DNA from: Hypanus sabinus
Taxonomy: Eukaryota
Reading direction: 5' to 3'
Assembly (NCBI RefSeq): GCF_030144855.1
Contig: NC_082727.1
Location: 44,516,001-44,580,000 of the forward strand
DNA: 64,000 nucleotides
Under the pieces are notes generated by a model. The model was not told the origin of the DNA. It ran no database searches and worked only from the letters and a program-made list of their open reading frames with translations. Positions 1 to 12,439 of this stretch are shown piece after piece (the stretch's first letter is position 1; the number at the start of each line of letters is the position of its first letter). Both the position numbers and the translations under genes were made by a program.

Positions 1-19
1 ATAATAATAAATGAGCCCA

Positions 20-436
20 GAGGAAGATGGTGCCAGTGAACAATACAACCAAGTGCGACATCCTCCAGACGGCTGACAAAACTACTTCTTTCACTTCTTT
101 TACGTCTTTTTCTTTCCAATGTGTTTCTGGTCTGTTAGAGCCTGTGGTCTGCAGTCTGGTGGTGTGTTTCCAGGCCAGTTGAGCAGTCTGGTGCTTTGCT
201 AGCTCTGGTCAGATGGTTCCAGGAAGCTTTGAGTGGCCTTGAGGCCAAGAAGCCTGGACATGGGGCCGTGAGCCGATGGTCGACTCTATTTCTCGCCAAT
301 CTTGCCGATTAAAGCACTGAAGAAGATTGAAATCATTGAGGCAAGTAGGGAGGGCAAGCTCTCTGCAGCCCAAGGAAGGCATCTACCCGTGACTGCCTCT
401 CACTGGCTACCCAACGGAAGGTCCCTACATTTGATC

Positions 437-480
<44 letters not shown>

Positions 481-890
481 CTGTCGGACGATGGTGCCAG
501 AGTTCTGGAGTCCTGGGTCTTGGGCAAGGTTGATGCAAATTGTGGATTCAATGATGTAGTTCACATTATGATGTGTTAATCTATTTGCTTCTTTTTTGTT
601 GCTACTTTGAGTGACTTAGAATCAAGGCGGCCTGCAGATAATGAACACTGAGTTGAACTGAATATGCCTTTTTTTATGGCCCTGATTCTTTTTTGTTTTA
701 TATTCTATTTTTGCTTGGTTTTTGTTGCTGTTTACGTGTTTTTTTGCACATGGGGGGGGGCTGGTTGATCTTTTTCTTTGAATGGATCCCATGGATTTCT
801 ATGATTTGTGGCTGTCTGTGGGAAGATGAATCTCAGGGTTGTATACTGCATACATATTTCGAAAATAAAATACTTTGAATCTTCTGAATC
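20..890 (+). mobile_element. Non-autonomous bipartite element with Rex1/Babar-type 5' terminus and 3' tail, non-coding middle
   Basis: The start AAGATGGTGCCAGTGAAC matches AAAATGGCGCCAGTGTAC at the 5' end of the Rex1 copy at ~53782. The end GAATCTCAGGGTTGTATAC...AATAAAATACTTTGAATC matches Rex1 tails at ~15515-15587 and ~56783-56846. No RT or endonuclease motifs lie between. Confidence 0.6.
439..478. repeat. (TC)20 microsatellite
   Basis: Read directly; it produces the spurious LSLSLS/ERERER ORFs. Confidence 0.98.
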
Positions 891-3169
891 TTTAGCAATA
901 AATAATAAATGTAGCACAATTGAAGAAAGATTAAATTTCTAACCTATGAATGGAGTTTCAAGTGCTATTTTCAGGGAAAGTAATCTTCAATATTTTTAAT
1001 AACAGAAGTAGTGAATAAGAAATTGATGTAACTTTTTCTCATTTTGATTTTGTCAATGAAGTCTGCAAATGTACAATGAGCATCCAACATTTTCTAAACT
1101 TCCAAAGTCCCAAGTGCTGATGTGCGAGGTTGCTATAAGTTTTGAAAAATAAATGCAGTTTCAGAATCATAATAACTGTAAGTTCCAGACCAGCATCTCC
1201 AGTACAAGTTAAATATTGCTTTTTGTATAGTGTCTCCCTACCAGACATCATTACCTCATGAATTAATGTAGGGTATTAAAGGTAAATAAATCTGGAAAAG
1301 ATTGGATAGAGGACCTTTCTGTGGCAGTCTCAGGGCAATGGTATGGCAATGTGGGAATGGAAAATGCTCATCTGCTTTGTGTCAGCACAAGCTGACTACG
1401 GGAGACATACTGTGAAGCATTGTCAGCCAGCAGGAAGCACTGACGATTGCCATAAATACAATTCTCCTGCTAAATAAGGGCATCCCTATAAATACACCAG
1501 TATTACCTCTGTTTAATTGCTCACTTTGGTCATCAAAATAATAGTCTTTAAAACTGAACACATAAAATGCATAAATAGCTATAAATTGAGCTATAAATAG
1601 CTATAAATTGAGGGCTGCAAAATAGGATTTATATACAGCATCTGTAAATTTTTTTGTGTTTGTGTTATACATTGGTGTACTTGGTTTGGACACAATTGCC
1701 CCAGGGGCCTGTTTTCATGTCAAATGTCTCTTCTACCCTTTGAGAATTGGGGATTGTTTACTTTTCAAGTTAATTGACAAGAAATTACTGGAGTTCGTAC
1801 TCAGTTGAAACCTGTGTTTCATATTCAATTTGATATAATTTCAACATTGTATCGATGAATCATATAGATAGTCCAATCATTTAAACTTTATTATTCTGTT
1901 TAATAAAACAACTAAGCAATCCACCCTCTAACCATACTGCAAACTATGCCTTTTAGAGAGCTTCATGTTCAGCTAGCTTAAAAGTAATTTGTATATCTGA
2001 ATTACTCAAAGAATTGCAAATTAAGTGTTTTTATGGTACCAAAGATCTATTTCAATCAAGCCAACATCTCAGAAGAAAATTATCGTAAGAAAATTGTTGA
2101 TTCTTCCCAAGGTACTATGCACGATAGACAGATGTTACACATACAAAGATGCACAGATATGGAGCTTGTAAAGGGAGAATGGGTACCTCATGAAAACAAA
2201 GGAGATTGGATGGTTAGGAAAAGCGGAGAGAGAGAGTGATGTGAGAAAGATAGGCAGGATGATCGTAACTAAAGCCGAGAAGAGGAGTAATTTGAGACTT
2301 GGAGAGTCAGACTGAGTTTGGTTATTGGAGTACTAAGGTCAAGATACCAAAGGATGCATTGGTGGAAGTGGTTGGTATACGAACAGGCCAGGCTTCAGTG
2401 GTGGAGGGGAAATGAGTCACCGGAGATGCAACCAAAGTTAAAATCCTGGCTTAAGGTCCCGGGCTCTGTTTGGTTAAATAAAAATTAGACAAGTGGAGTC
2501 CGTAAATGAACCAAGAACTTTGGGAGCAGGGTGTGAGGAATTGAGATCAGAAAATGCCTTGCTCATTCTTGTCACCGCAGGACAAGTGTATGCAAATTGA
2601 ATCTGGCTCACATGACATCCAAATGTGCGAGGTATGCTGTTTGATGCTGTGATAGAAGTGCAGTGGCCTTTGTTTGCATAAAGTGGGCAGTTGGCGAGAT
2701 TAAATCAAGAGCCTCAAGTGCCATAGCATCTTTATCTAATCCAGTCAACTGCATGCTTCATGTTCAAAGAATTCCGTTGTGTTTAGTGATCTGATTCTAG
2801 ATGAAAATCTCCAGTACAACACAGAAACATTGCATTAGGCAAAAGAAGTTCTGGGCACTGTTTCACTTTCCTTGGAGTGTATATCCTGATTTAAATTATT
2901 CCTTTGTCCAAAATTAGACTGGCAATGTGATGACTGTTGTTTGACAGTCATCTATTATTTGGGTGAAATTCTGTGTTCTTCCTATTAAGGACATCCACGT
3001 TGAACAATACTTTAATCCAACCAAGCATTAAAAGCCATCCATGATCTGACCTTTGGGGGAATCAGCCTTGAAGGAGGAGGCTGCATCTGCCGTCCTCTGG
3101 AGCATTATTGGCAGCTTTGGGCATTCCTTTTCATCACTCCATTCACTGCATTTAGCAAAACGGAATAAA

Positions 3170-6100
3170 ATAAAAAAGGCAAATATCAGCGACCTGGAAA
3201 CAAAGGTTGTCGGTGATGAAGTCCCATCCATGGTCCAGACTGCGCTGCATAGGTAGGAGTTCCTGTCCAAGATCAAGATGTAGACCTTTGGCCAGATCTT
3301 CAGATGGGAAATGTTGCATTACCCCGGCACAGTTGGATGCAATCTTATGCAGACATACCAACATGCGTTGCTGCTTTCAGCATACTGACTGTTTCCTTTG
3401 CATAGAAGATGATGTAAGACCACCTTCAACATGGAAGTGCCTTGCTATGTACCTCTGTGCTTCAGTCCAAAGTTCCTCCCTCAATAGCTCTCCTCTTAAG
3501 GCAATGGATTGCCACATCTAGTGACAAACAGTTTCAAATACATGAAATCTGCTGCGGTACTCCAGCATATTGTTGTCCATTTGGTGGTCATGTAACCTGA
3601 GATAATCTCTCCTTTCACTAGGAAGTTTGTTTGATATCTCCCATCACTATGACAGGTTCAGTTCTGAAGTGCATGAGGACCCCGAGCAGACTGTTTTTGA
3701 GGTCTGGACCTTGCAAGAGCAGATTGGCAGTGATATGCCTTTAAACTGTGCACTTGAATCAAAGACAATTTGTTTTGTGCAGGTTTCTGGGTGGTAGACA
3801 CCAATGTTGGGCAAATATTAATTTCCCTTCTTGGATCTGAAGGAGGAGATAGTTCTGCATGATTGTTCCTGAATTGTCTCTCCATGAAATCCACATAATG
3901 AGATCTTTCAGTTCTGGTTTCCTTCTGATTGTGAAACTGAGGAGCACGAGTCAACTGAGAACCTGCCCTCTATTGTTTGGAAAGTGAAAAGGAAGGGGAG
4001 CTACCAAACTTATCTTTGCTAAACTCTTTGTTCATGACACTCCAGGACGTTAGTCTAAAATGTGTTGACAGTAGGCTGATGAACACCATTGAGTCAGACT
4101 TCACCCACGATGACCCAACTCAGATCTAGTCATTGGGCACAAGGTACATTGTGCTGATCATTGTCCTCTTCACGTACTTTTTGTACATGGATGGTGTCCC
4201 TGCCAAACAACAGGAGAATCTCAGCAGAGGAGTCGGCTATAGCCTTAAGATGTGAATGACTGCGTGTTGCTTCAGGAGTTGGGATTTCATCCTGCTGTTG
4301 GGAACATGATCGTTCTTAATGAGGATTGGCAAGGATGTGATCTGGGATGGAAGCGCTGGTCCAGGTCTAAACGCACTGATCTGGTTGCTGACCATCTCTG
4401 TTGAGAGCCATTGCAGAAGCCCTCTGCATTCACCTCAATGCTCCTATCGACTCCACAACACATTCACTGGCTTTTCTGGCAACTTTGATGTCCCAGAGCC
4501 TATCCTTAGAATGCATGAGGAAACAGAACTTTGAAAACTGAGTATGGCAAAGAATGTTGACTTTACCAGCGATACATTTCTCTAATCATCTAAAATCACA
4601 CATGCCTTTATTTGTTGCTCAGGCTGACAATTCTGGTAGATGTTGGCTAGCATATTTTAGATCAGGATTTCCCTTGGAAGTCTTTCCCACATTTCTCTGT
4701 GCTTGAGGAAGTAGCTCTATCTGATGGCTTTGTGCCATGCTCTGCTGTGGGAGTGCTGGAACCAGAAATGGCCGTGGGTCCTGGCCCTGAATGAAGTGCT
4801 GATATGCACCCGTCACTGTCACACTCAGCGCAGTGTATGATAGCTTTACAGACTTTTGCTTGGTGTGCTATTTGAAGCACAACATTTGAAACATATTGAA
4901 TGCTCCTTTAGAAAGCATCTTGGTCTACAGCTGGTTTTTCTCTGAAACCTCTGCATTTCTTTAAGGTATGAAGTTTCTTATGGATGGGGCATTGTCTATT
5001 AGGGCTCATAAAAGAGTTTTCTACTTCAGTATTGCTGACTGATACGGTTTCTGATTTTCCATGCTTTTGCTGGATGCCTCTCTTTGAATGAGGTGTTACC
5101 AGAAGTTGAAAGCATAAAAATAGGGTCAGTTTGCATTCCTGCAAGGAGGCAGATGAATTCCACAAAGAATGAAAATGGCATATAGAGGGCATGGTGCTTC
5201 ATTTTGTATATGAAGACTTCCGTTATCCACTCTTCTTGCATGTTCTCCACTTTAGGGTTTATTTCTCCTGGTGTGTTCAAGAAATTCATAGAATGCCCCA
5301 GAATTTCCTGCTGACTTCCTGCTGGAGGGTCTCGGCATGAAACTTCGACTGTCCCCTTTTCCATAGATGGTGCCTGGCCTGCTGAGCTCCCCAGCATTTT
5401 CTGTGTGTTGACCAGAAAGCAACCTTGGTTTTTTGAGGCTTGCAAGCTCCTGTAGCTTCTGTGCTTCTTTGTGTGAGAGCTCTAGAAAAATATCTAGTCT
5501 ACTGAAGAGAGATTCTTTGACTGTCTCTGGAGAGTCATGGTATTTGTCCAGGCTCTGCATTTGGAAATGCACAGCTGGATTATTATTGTGAATTTTTCTA
5601 ATCCTTCTGGGTGTTGCAGTGACTTCCCAGCAAGCCACTTACAGAGTTCGAGCTCCTCATTAGGCTAGAGACTTTGTTTTTCCATGGCATTGTGGAGCTT
5701 GACTTCCAGGACAGATAAGTGGCAGACTTATGGTCGAACACCTTTAGTCCTGCTGTGACTAGGTCTGGATGAGCAGATACCAAGCCAAATCTAATGCACC
5801 TGTTGCTCCTGAATGAGAGCATTGTGGAGACTGGTTTGCCAAGGGTGTGTACAGGGATGGATTGAAGTTCAGTCCACCCATGTTTGTGCAGATGGGACTG
5901 GCATCAGTAGCAACTCCTGTCTGAGGTCTTTGCTAAGTTCACAATATGGAAGGGGGAGCTGTGGGTCTTTGCTGCTGTAGACCTTGACTGTCAATACCTG
6001 TGCTGTGTGAAAGACATCTTGGCTGCGTAGTGTGAACAGCTTCTCCTTGTAGAGCTGAAGCACTGTTATTTTTGTCCAAAAATGAGTTTGGGCATATTCT

Positions 6101-6530
6101 TTAGTAAGATGCATTGGCTGTTGTGATGACAAAGCATGGCTGATCTGATTATAGACTCACCACTGTTTAAGTCATCTGCTGCTTCATACACCTTTACCTC
6201 TGCTAAGGCAGCCACATCTTCACACTCTACCTTGAGCTCACTTCATGTAGCCTCTCCAAATCTATGCATGGCTTCCCCATGTCTACACAAGCTTTTTCTA
6301 TTTGCATCTTAACTTCATGCTTTGCATAAGCTGCTCTTATTCTTGTTGCTCAAGCTCTGGTGCCGACTTGTGCTGCAGCTATGCTAATTATGGTTTCGCT
6401 CGAGCGAATAATGAGTCACATTCTGACCTGACTAACAAGTCTTGGTAATCAATATTGCTTGGGTTTGAAGCTGGCATTATTATCGACAATATACAGATAC
6501 AAATCCAGTCCACGGGCAACGTCTTTTAAG
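3170..6530 (-). mobile_element. Decayed BEL/Pao LTR retrotransposon internal region (gag, protease, RT)
   Basis: Minus-strand translations give the Ala/Glu-rich gag N-terminus (IAAAQVG..RAAYAKHEVKMQIEKA) and FLNTPGEINPKVE..QEEWIT..PFSFFVEF. The BEL Cys/His cluster reads CPIHKKLHTLKKCRGFREK..FLKEHSICFKCCASN..HQAKVCKAIIHCAECDSD..SALH. The protease region reads SKIC..ILDD. Pao RT motifs are LLQGPDLKNSLLGVLMHFRTEPVIVMGDIKQ and LHKIASN..FPSEDLAKGL..LPMQRSL..WD. There are many stops and frameshifts; LTRs were not identified. Confidence 0.85.
5318..5412 (+). mobile_element. Short Penelope-like terminal module with relic hammerhead, inserted into BEL gag
   Basis: CTGCTGGAGGGTCTCGGCATGAAACTTCGACTG is followed by GATGGTGCCTGGCCTGCTGAGCTCCCCAGCATTTTCTGTGTGTTG, the same module as at 16182, 17075 and 44500. 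Confidence 0.75.
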
Positions 6531-6824
6531 ATGAGTTATCTTTTCACTCTACTTGCTGTGCATCTCTACAGTGGGTTAAACAGCTTCTCAGAAATCACCC
6601 AAAATGGAAGCTTTCTTCAGGGTTTTCAATGATATTTCTTACTTGTGAAACTCAGAAAGTTAAGTAAAAATATGTATTAAATTCGATAAGTAATCTTTGT
6701 GAATACAGTTGATTATTCTCAAAACTGCTGTTAACCAAGGTAATACACACTCGCAACACTCCATAACTATGCAGTGTAAGCAAGAGTAAACTTGCAGTGC
6801 AACGTTAAACTTAGACATAATTTT

Positions 6825-7222
6825 TTGGTCATTATGTGCCATGTTGTATGATGTAGACAATCATGGTCTTTCCATGACTGTGATGGTTCCTGGCAAATTT
6901 TCTACCGAATTGGTTTACCATTGCCTTCTTCTGGGCAGTGTCTTTACAGGTTGGGTGACCCCAGCCATTATCAGTACTCTTCAGCGATTGTCTGCCTGGC
7001 ATCAGTGGTCACATAACCAGGACTTGTGATATGCACCAGCTGCTCATACGACCATCCACCACCTGCTCCCATGGCTTCACATGACCCTGATTGGGGTTGG
7101 GGGGGGGGGGGGGGGTTCTAAGCAGGTGCTGCACCTTTCCCAAGGGAGGCCTGTAGGCCAGCAGAGATGTAAGGAACTCCTTACACCTCCTTTGGTAGAG
7201 ACACATCTCCACCCCACCACCA
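6825..7222 (-). mobile_element. SINE-like element with RTE-type 3' tail
   Basis: The minus strand ends GAAGAAGGCAATGGTAAACCAATTC...TTTGCCAGGAACCATC..., resembling the RTE/Bov-B-type tail. It has an internal CCTTGGGAAAG CORE-like motif and a poly-C run. Confidence 0.55.
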
Positions 7223-7429
7223 TTTAAACATAATACTTCCATCAAAATATATATAGCCACTAAATATTTACCAATTCACTAGAAAATTAAGACTCACAGA
7301 TATTGGTGTTTCAAGGGCAAATAAAGACTGGATGGAGGTAAGTGTTGTTCCACCATCCATCTAATCAAATCAAAACTAACCCACACTTGAAATTATATTT
7401 TAAAGAACAGCTTATGTATAAGAAACAAT

Positions 7430-7828
7430 AAACACGAGAAAGTCTGCAGATGCTGGAACTCCATAGCAGCACACAGATCAGACAGCATCAGTGGAAATGA
7501 ATAAACAGTCAACTTTTTGAGTTGAGCCTCTTCTTCAGGACTGAGAAGGAAGAGGGAAGAACCAGATTAAAAAGGGTGTGGTGGGGGGGGGGGGTTTAGG
7601 GAAGGAAGTTCGCTGGAAGGTGATAGGTGAAGTCAGGTGGGTGAGGAAGGTCAAAGGGTGGAGAAGAAGAAATCTGATTGGACAGGAAAGTGCACCATAG
7701 CAGAAAGGGAAGGAGGAGGGGACCCAGGGGTAAGTAATAGGTAGATGAGAAGAGATAAAAGGTCAGAGTGGAGAATAGAGAAGGGGGGTGGAAATTTCTT
7801 TACCAGAAGGATTATTCAATATTCATGT
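7430..7828 (-). mobile_element. Penelope-like element 3' end with relic hammerhead
   Basis: Purine-rich arm on + plus the AAAGTCTGCAGATGCTGG module; hammerhead on - at 7506-7543. Confidence 0.75.
7506..7543 (-). ncRNA. Relic minimal type-I hammerhead ribozyme
   Basis: The minus strand reads CAGTC-CTGAAGA-AGAGGCTCAACTC-AAAAA-GTT-GACTG. Stem I (CAGTC/GACTG) and the CUGANGA core are intact; GAAA is mutated. Confidence 0.65.
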
Positions 7829-10199
7829 GATGAAGTGATTTTACTCATGTTAGTAAGTGATGTTGACACAAAATGAAAGGTACCACTAGAGACCAGAACA
7901 GTCACATTGAAGTAATCATTGGGGAAGGTAAAAATGAAACACACAACCCTAAGAAACCCCCTCCCTACCACCCTCCTGGCTGACGTACAGTCTGTGGAAG
8001 ATGGAACTGAGGACCTCAGAGCGAGATTGCAGTACCAGAGGAACATTGGGAACAATTGTGTACTAGGCTTCACAGAGACATAGCTCACTGGACACAACAA
8101 TCCAGCCTAAGAGCTTCACCATCCACTGCATGGACCAGATGGTAGGATCATGAAAAGGCAGAGGTGGTGATGTTTGCTTCATGATTAAATCTTCGTGGTG
8201 CGCAGATGTGGTAGTTGTTTCAGTCCTGCTCCCCTCATCTGGAATATCTGGCAATCAAGTGTCACCTATTCAATCTGCTATCTCCACCATCGTCCTGGAA
8301 GCAGTGGTCATTCCACCCCTGGTGAACGTCAGGCTGGTAATGAGCACTTTGATCAGCAATCACAAAACAACGCACCCTGATGCCTTCCTGATCATTGCAG
8401 ATGATTTCAACCAGGCCATCTTGAAACAGTCTCTGACAAATTACCACCAATATGGCCCCTGTGGAACCAAACACTACATCACTGCTACACCACCATCAAG
8501 AAGAATTACCATGCCACCTCATGTCCTCACTTTCATGAACTTGATCACCTGGCTTTACTTCTACTTCCAGCATTTTGGCACAGAATGAGGACCACAGCAC
8601 CAGTGGTGATGAGTGCAAAAGAGTGATAAAGAGATGTGTACGAGTATTTTTCAGGACTACTTTGAATCAGTAGAGTGGACCAGATTCAGGGATTCATCTT
8701 CCGATATGAATGAATATGCCACAGCCATCACTAAATTCATCAAGACCCAGTTGGATGAGTGTATGCTTTCAAGACGTTGGATCTGGTGATTTTGATCTGC
8801 AGGCTCTTTGGAAGTCAGGAATGAGGCATAGAACCTGGTGGTTATAACCATTTCATAAAGTATTACAGGAACAAATAATGAACAATAAAAGAGACAAAGA
8901 AAAAGGCGTTGTGGTTGTCTGATATTTAGATTAGAGATAAAGCACATTCTATTGAATAGATGTAACCAATAAAATAGTCAATGTAACTCAATGAAAATGG
9001 CATAACACCTGCTGCAGAAAAACTCAGAAACATCTAGAAAATACAGATTCATCTATACTACAATTACTGGAAAATTCACCGAACAATTAAACACACACAG
9101 ATGATTATACAAAAATCATAAGCAAGCATAGGAAAATTAAACTACAAGAAACATAACACAATTCTACACCCTAATTCAAAAAAAGAACATACTGAGTTTT
9201 GCCTAACTAAGTGCTGAATGAAGCAGGAGATTTGCATTCTGCTGAAGGATAGATCTGTGGTGTTCAAGACTGATAATTCGGAAGTCTACAGGAAGTCTGG
9301 GCATGACCAATGGAGGGCCATTGTGAGAGTGAAAAGGCAATTCTGCGTGAATTTAGAGACCCAATCAGATACAGAACAGGTGTGGCAGGGATTCTTCCTA
9401 CAAGGCAAAACCATACAGTATAAATGGCAGTGATGCTTCACTCCCCAATGAGCTCAATCAATGCCTTTTATTCACACCTAAAATGGGAAAATAACAGTAT
9501 ACCTGTGCAAATTATCACAACATTCTGTGGTCCATGATCTTTTCTGATGTCACACCATCTTTCAAGAGTGTGAACTCTAAAAAAGAATCAGGCCCTAATG
9601 GTGTACCTGGCTGGGTACTGAAAACCTGTGCTGAACTACCGGCTGGAGTTTTCAAGGATACATTGAATCTCTCACTGCTGCGGTCTGAAGTTCCCACCTG
9701 TTTCAAAAGGGCAGCAATTGTAATGGTACCCAAGAAGAGCAGGATGAACTGTCTCAATGACTATTGACCAGTAGCATTTGCATGTACAATAGTGAAGTGC
9801 TTCAAGAGTTTGGTTAGGGCTAGAGTTAACTCCTGCCTGAGCAAAGACCTGGACCCGCTGAAACTTGCCTGCTGCTGCAGAGAACAGATCTACAGAGACT
9901 ACAATCTCACTAGCTGTCCATTTTGCTTTGTGTCAGGCTGCTGTTTTTCGATTAGAGCTCTGTGTTCAATAACATCGTTATTTCAGTATTAATCACCAAG
10001 CTTCTCAACCTTGGACTCTGTACTTCCTTCTGAAACTAGATCCTTGATTTCCTCATTGGAAGACTAGCTCAGTAATAACATCTCCTCCTCACTGACAGTC
10101 AACACTGGCACCCTTCAAATAAGTTTGCTTAGCCCATTACTCTGCTCCCTCAACACTCATGACATCATAGCTCAGATTAAATCATCTATACAGGACATT

Positions 10200-12430
10200 C
10201 ATTCTGACAACCAAGTCCAGCTCCTGGCCTTCATGTGCAGCTCAGCTACTAAGCCCAGTTGACCTGACTCTACTGATAGGAGAATCCTGAATGAGAGCCA
10301 AATCCAAGATACCTCCTTCAGGCACCCAGTACCTCTCCTTGGTTCAGAATCCTTCCTCCAAACAGTATACAAGTCCTGAAGTCTTTTCGCTGTGAAGACC
10401 TGTTCCCTCTCAATAAACCAAGGTGGAAGCAGATCTGATGGTGGTGGGGGCTAAGAGGCTGGTGTAGACAGGTTTGAATTCAGAGAGTTGGAAGGAGGGG
10501 TTAATCTTTAGGGTCTTGAGAAGCTGCAGGGTGTAAGCCACTGGGTTTACATTCTTGAGAACGTTGAAGAGTCCAATGAACATGGATGCCAACTTTCTAG
10601 ATTCCACTTGCAGAGGCAAATCATGAGTGGACATCCTGATCTGTTACCCAGGCTGTAAAGTGGGTCCCTGACTTCTCCTTTGGTTCACTTCGGTCTTGGC
10701 CTTGTGGGTAGAGGCCGTCAAAATCTCTCTTGCCCTAATCCTTTTTTGGCTGCAGAGCAGGATGAGACTTTCAACCTCAGGGACCCCAACCTTGGCTTCT
10801 TGTTCCATAAAGAGAGGTGGAGGATAAGCAACTGGCCTTTGAGCACTGACATCCCATGCACCAAGTGCTGCAAGGTGTTGTGGGTGATCTCTGCCTGCAT
10901 CAAATGGCCACACTGCTCATCAGGTCTTTCTGAGGCTAAGCATCTTGGTTTTAAATCCTGGTTGGTCCACACCATCTGGCTGTTGGACTGTGGGTGAAAC
11001 CCAGAGAAAAGGCTTGCTGTTGCCTCTCTCAGTTTACAGAATGCCCTCCAGAAATGTGATGTGAATTGTGGACCACGATCTGAGACAATGTCCACTGGAA
11101 GTCTCTGGATCCTGGAGACCTGGTCCAGGACAATTCTGGTCATCTCCGCCGCAGATGTTAGCTTCTCCAAGACAATGATCTTGCAGGCTTTCAAAAAACA
11201 ATTGACCAGGTCCATGGAGATGTGTGCCCAAGGTCTTTCCAGGACAGGTAGCAGGTGGACGAGCCTATGAGGTTGGGTAGAGTGCTCCTTTATCTGAGTG
11301 CACTGCGTATGTGCCTGCACGTGCTGCTGTATCGTTTTATTCATTCTGGGCCACCAATATCTCCTCTTGATAAATCTGAGGGTCCTGGCAATCCCTAGGC
11401 GAGTGATCATTCTTGATGAATGTTCCCATTGGAGTACCTGGGAAGAGACTGAACTTGGAGTGAATGGCCGACCTGGAGGATATTCTTAGGAATCTCCCCT
11501 TGCACTTGGACCTTAAGAACAAGAATGTCAATTTCCCCAACGAATCGGTACTACCACCCTGGCATTGGGCAAAGTGATGGTGAGCTGCTTTTCTTGTTTC
11601 GGTTCATCAAACTGATGGGACAGGGCATCTGGCTTCTGGTTCTTTGATCCTGGTTGATGGATCAGGATGAAATCAAAGCGGCTAAAGAACAAAGACCACC
11701 TGGAATTCAGCCTCTTGGCCTTCTGAATATAAGCCAGGTTGTTGTGGTCAGTCCAACTGACAAAAGGGTTCTTGGCCCCCTCTATCCAGTGATGTCATTC
11801 CTCCAACACTAACAACTGAAAGAAGCTCCTGATCCCCAATGTCTTAGTTCCCCTCTACCAGGAGGATAGCCCCTGGAGAGGAATGCACAAGGGTGCCACT
11901 TACCATCTGAAGGTGATTGTTGGGACATGACAGCACCCACTCTGATATCTGAGGCGTCCAACTCCACTATGAAGGGAAGATTCAGGTTAGGAGAATCCAA
12001 GATTGGAGCTGTTGTGAACCACTGCTTGAGCTCCATTTCGGTAGTTCAGACAAGAGGTCCCATGGATCTTTTGGTTAGCGTGGTCAGCAGAGCTGCCACC
12101 AAGCTGGAGTTCCTGATGAGCTCTTGGTAGCAGTTTGCAAGCCCCAGGGATCATTGCACTTGTTTGTTACTGGATGGTGGTGGCCAGTCTCTGACTGTCT
12201 GTGTCTTGAGATTGCCATGGGAGATGATGAAACCCAAAAGTGAAACAGTCATCGCTTGAAACTCAGGGTTCTCCAACTTGACATAAAGTCCATTGTCTAG
12301 AAACCTCTTAAAAATGTCCCTGACCTGAGTGACATGCTCCTTCATGGTCTTTGAGAAGATTAGGATATCACCCAAGTAGATGAAAGCATACTTACGGGGT
12401 GTACCCCAGAGCATATAGGCTTGGAAAGTG
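10200..12430 (-). mobile_element. Chromoviral (Sushi-like) Gypsy pol fragment: RT, RNase H, integrase, chromodomain relic; no LTRs seen
   Basis: RT FIYLGDILIFS (12151-12414); RNase [20 protein letters not shown] (11809-12036); integrase RYWWP..PWAHISMDL..IVSDRGPQFTSHFW..SGFHPQSN (10718-11410); GPF-type motif KLASMFIGLF; chromodomain relic KERYWVPEGGILDLALIQD (~10285-10342). Confidence 0.9.
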
Positions 12431-12439
12431 CTGGAGCAT

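Noticed and set aside
302-559. ORFs with LSLSLS / ERERER tracts
   Set aside because: They are translations of the (TC)20 microsatellite.
2170-2760. Possible ancient L2 or Penelope fragment
   Set aside because: Too decayed to assign by eye.
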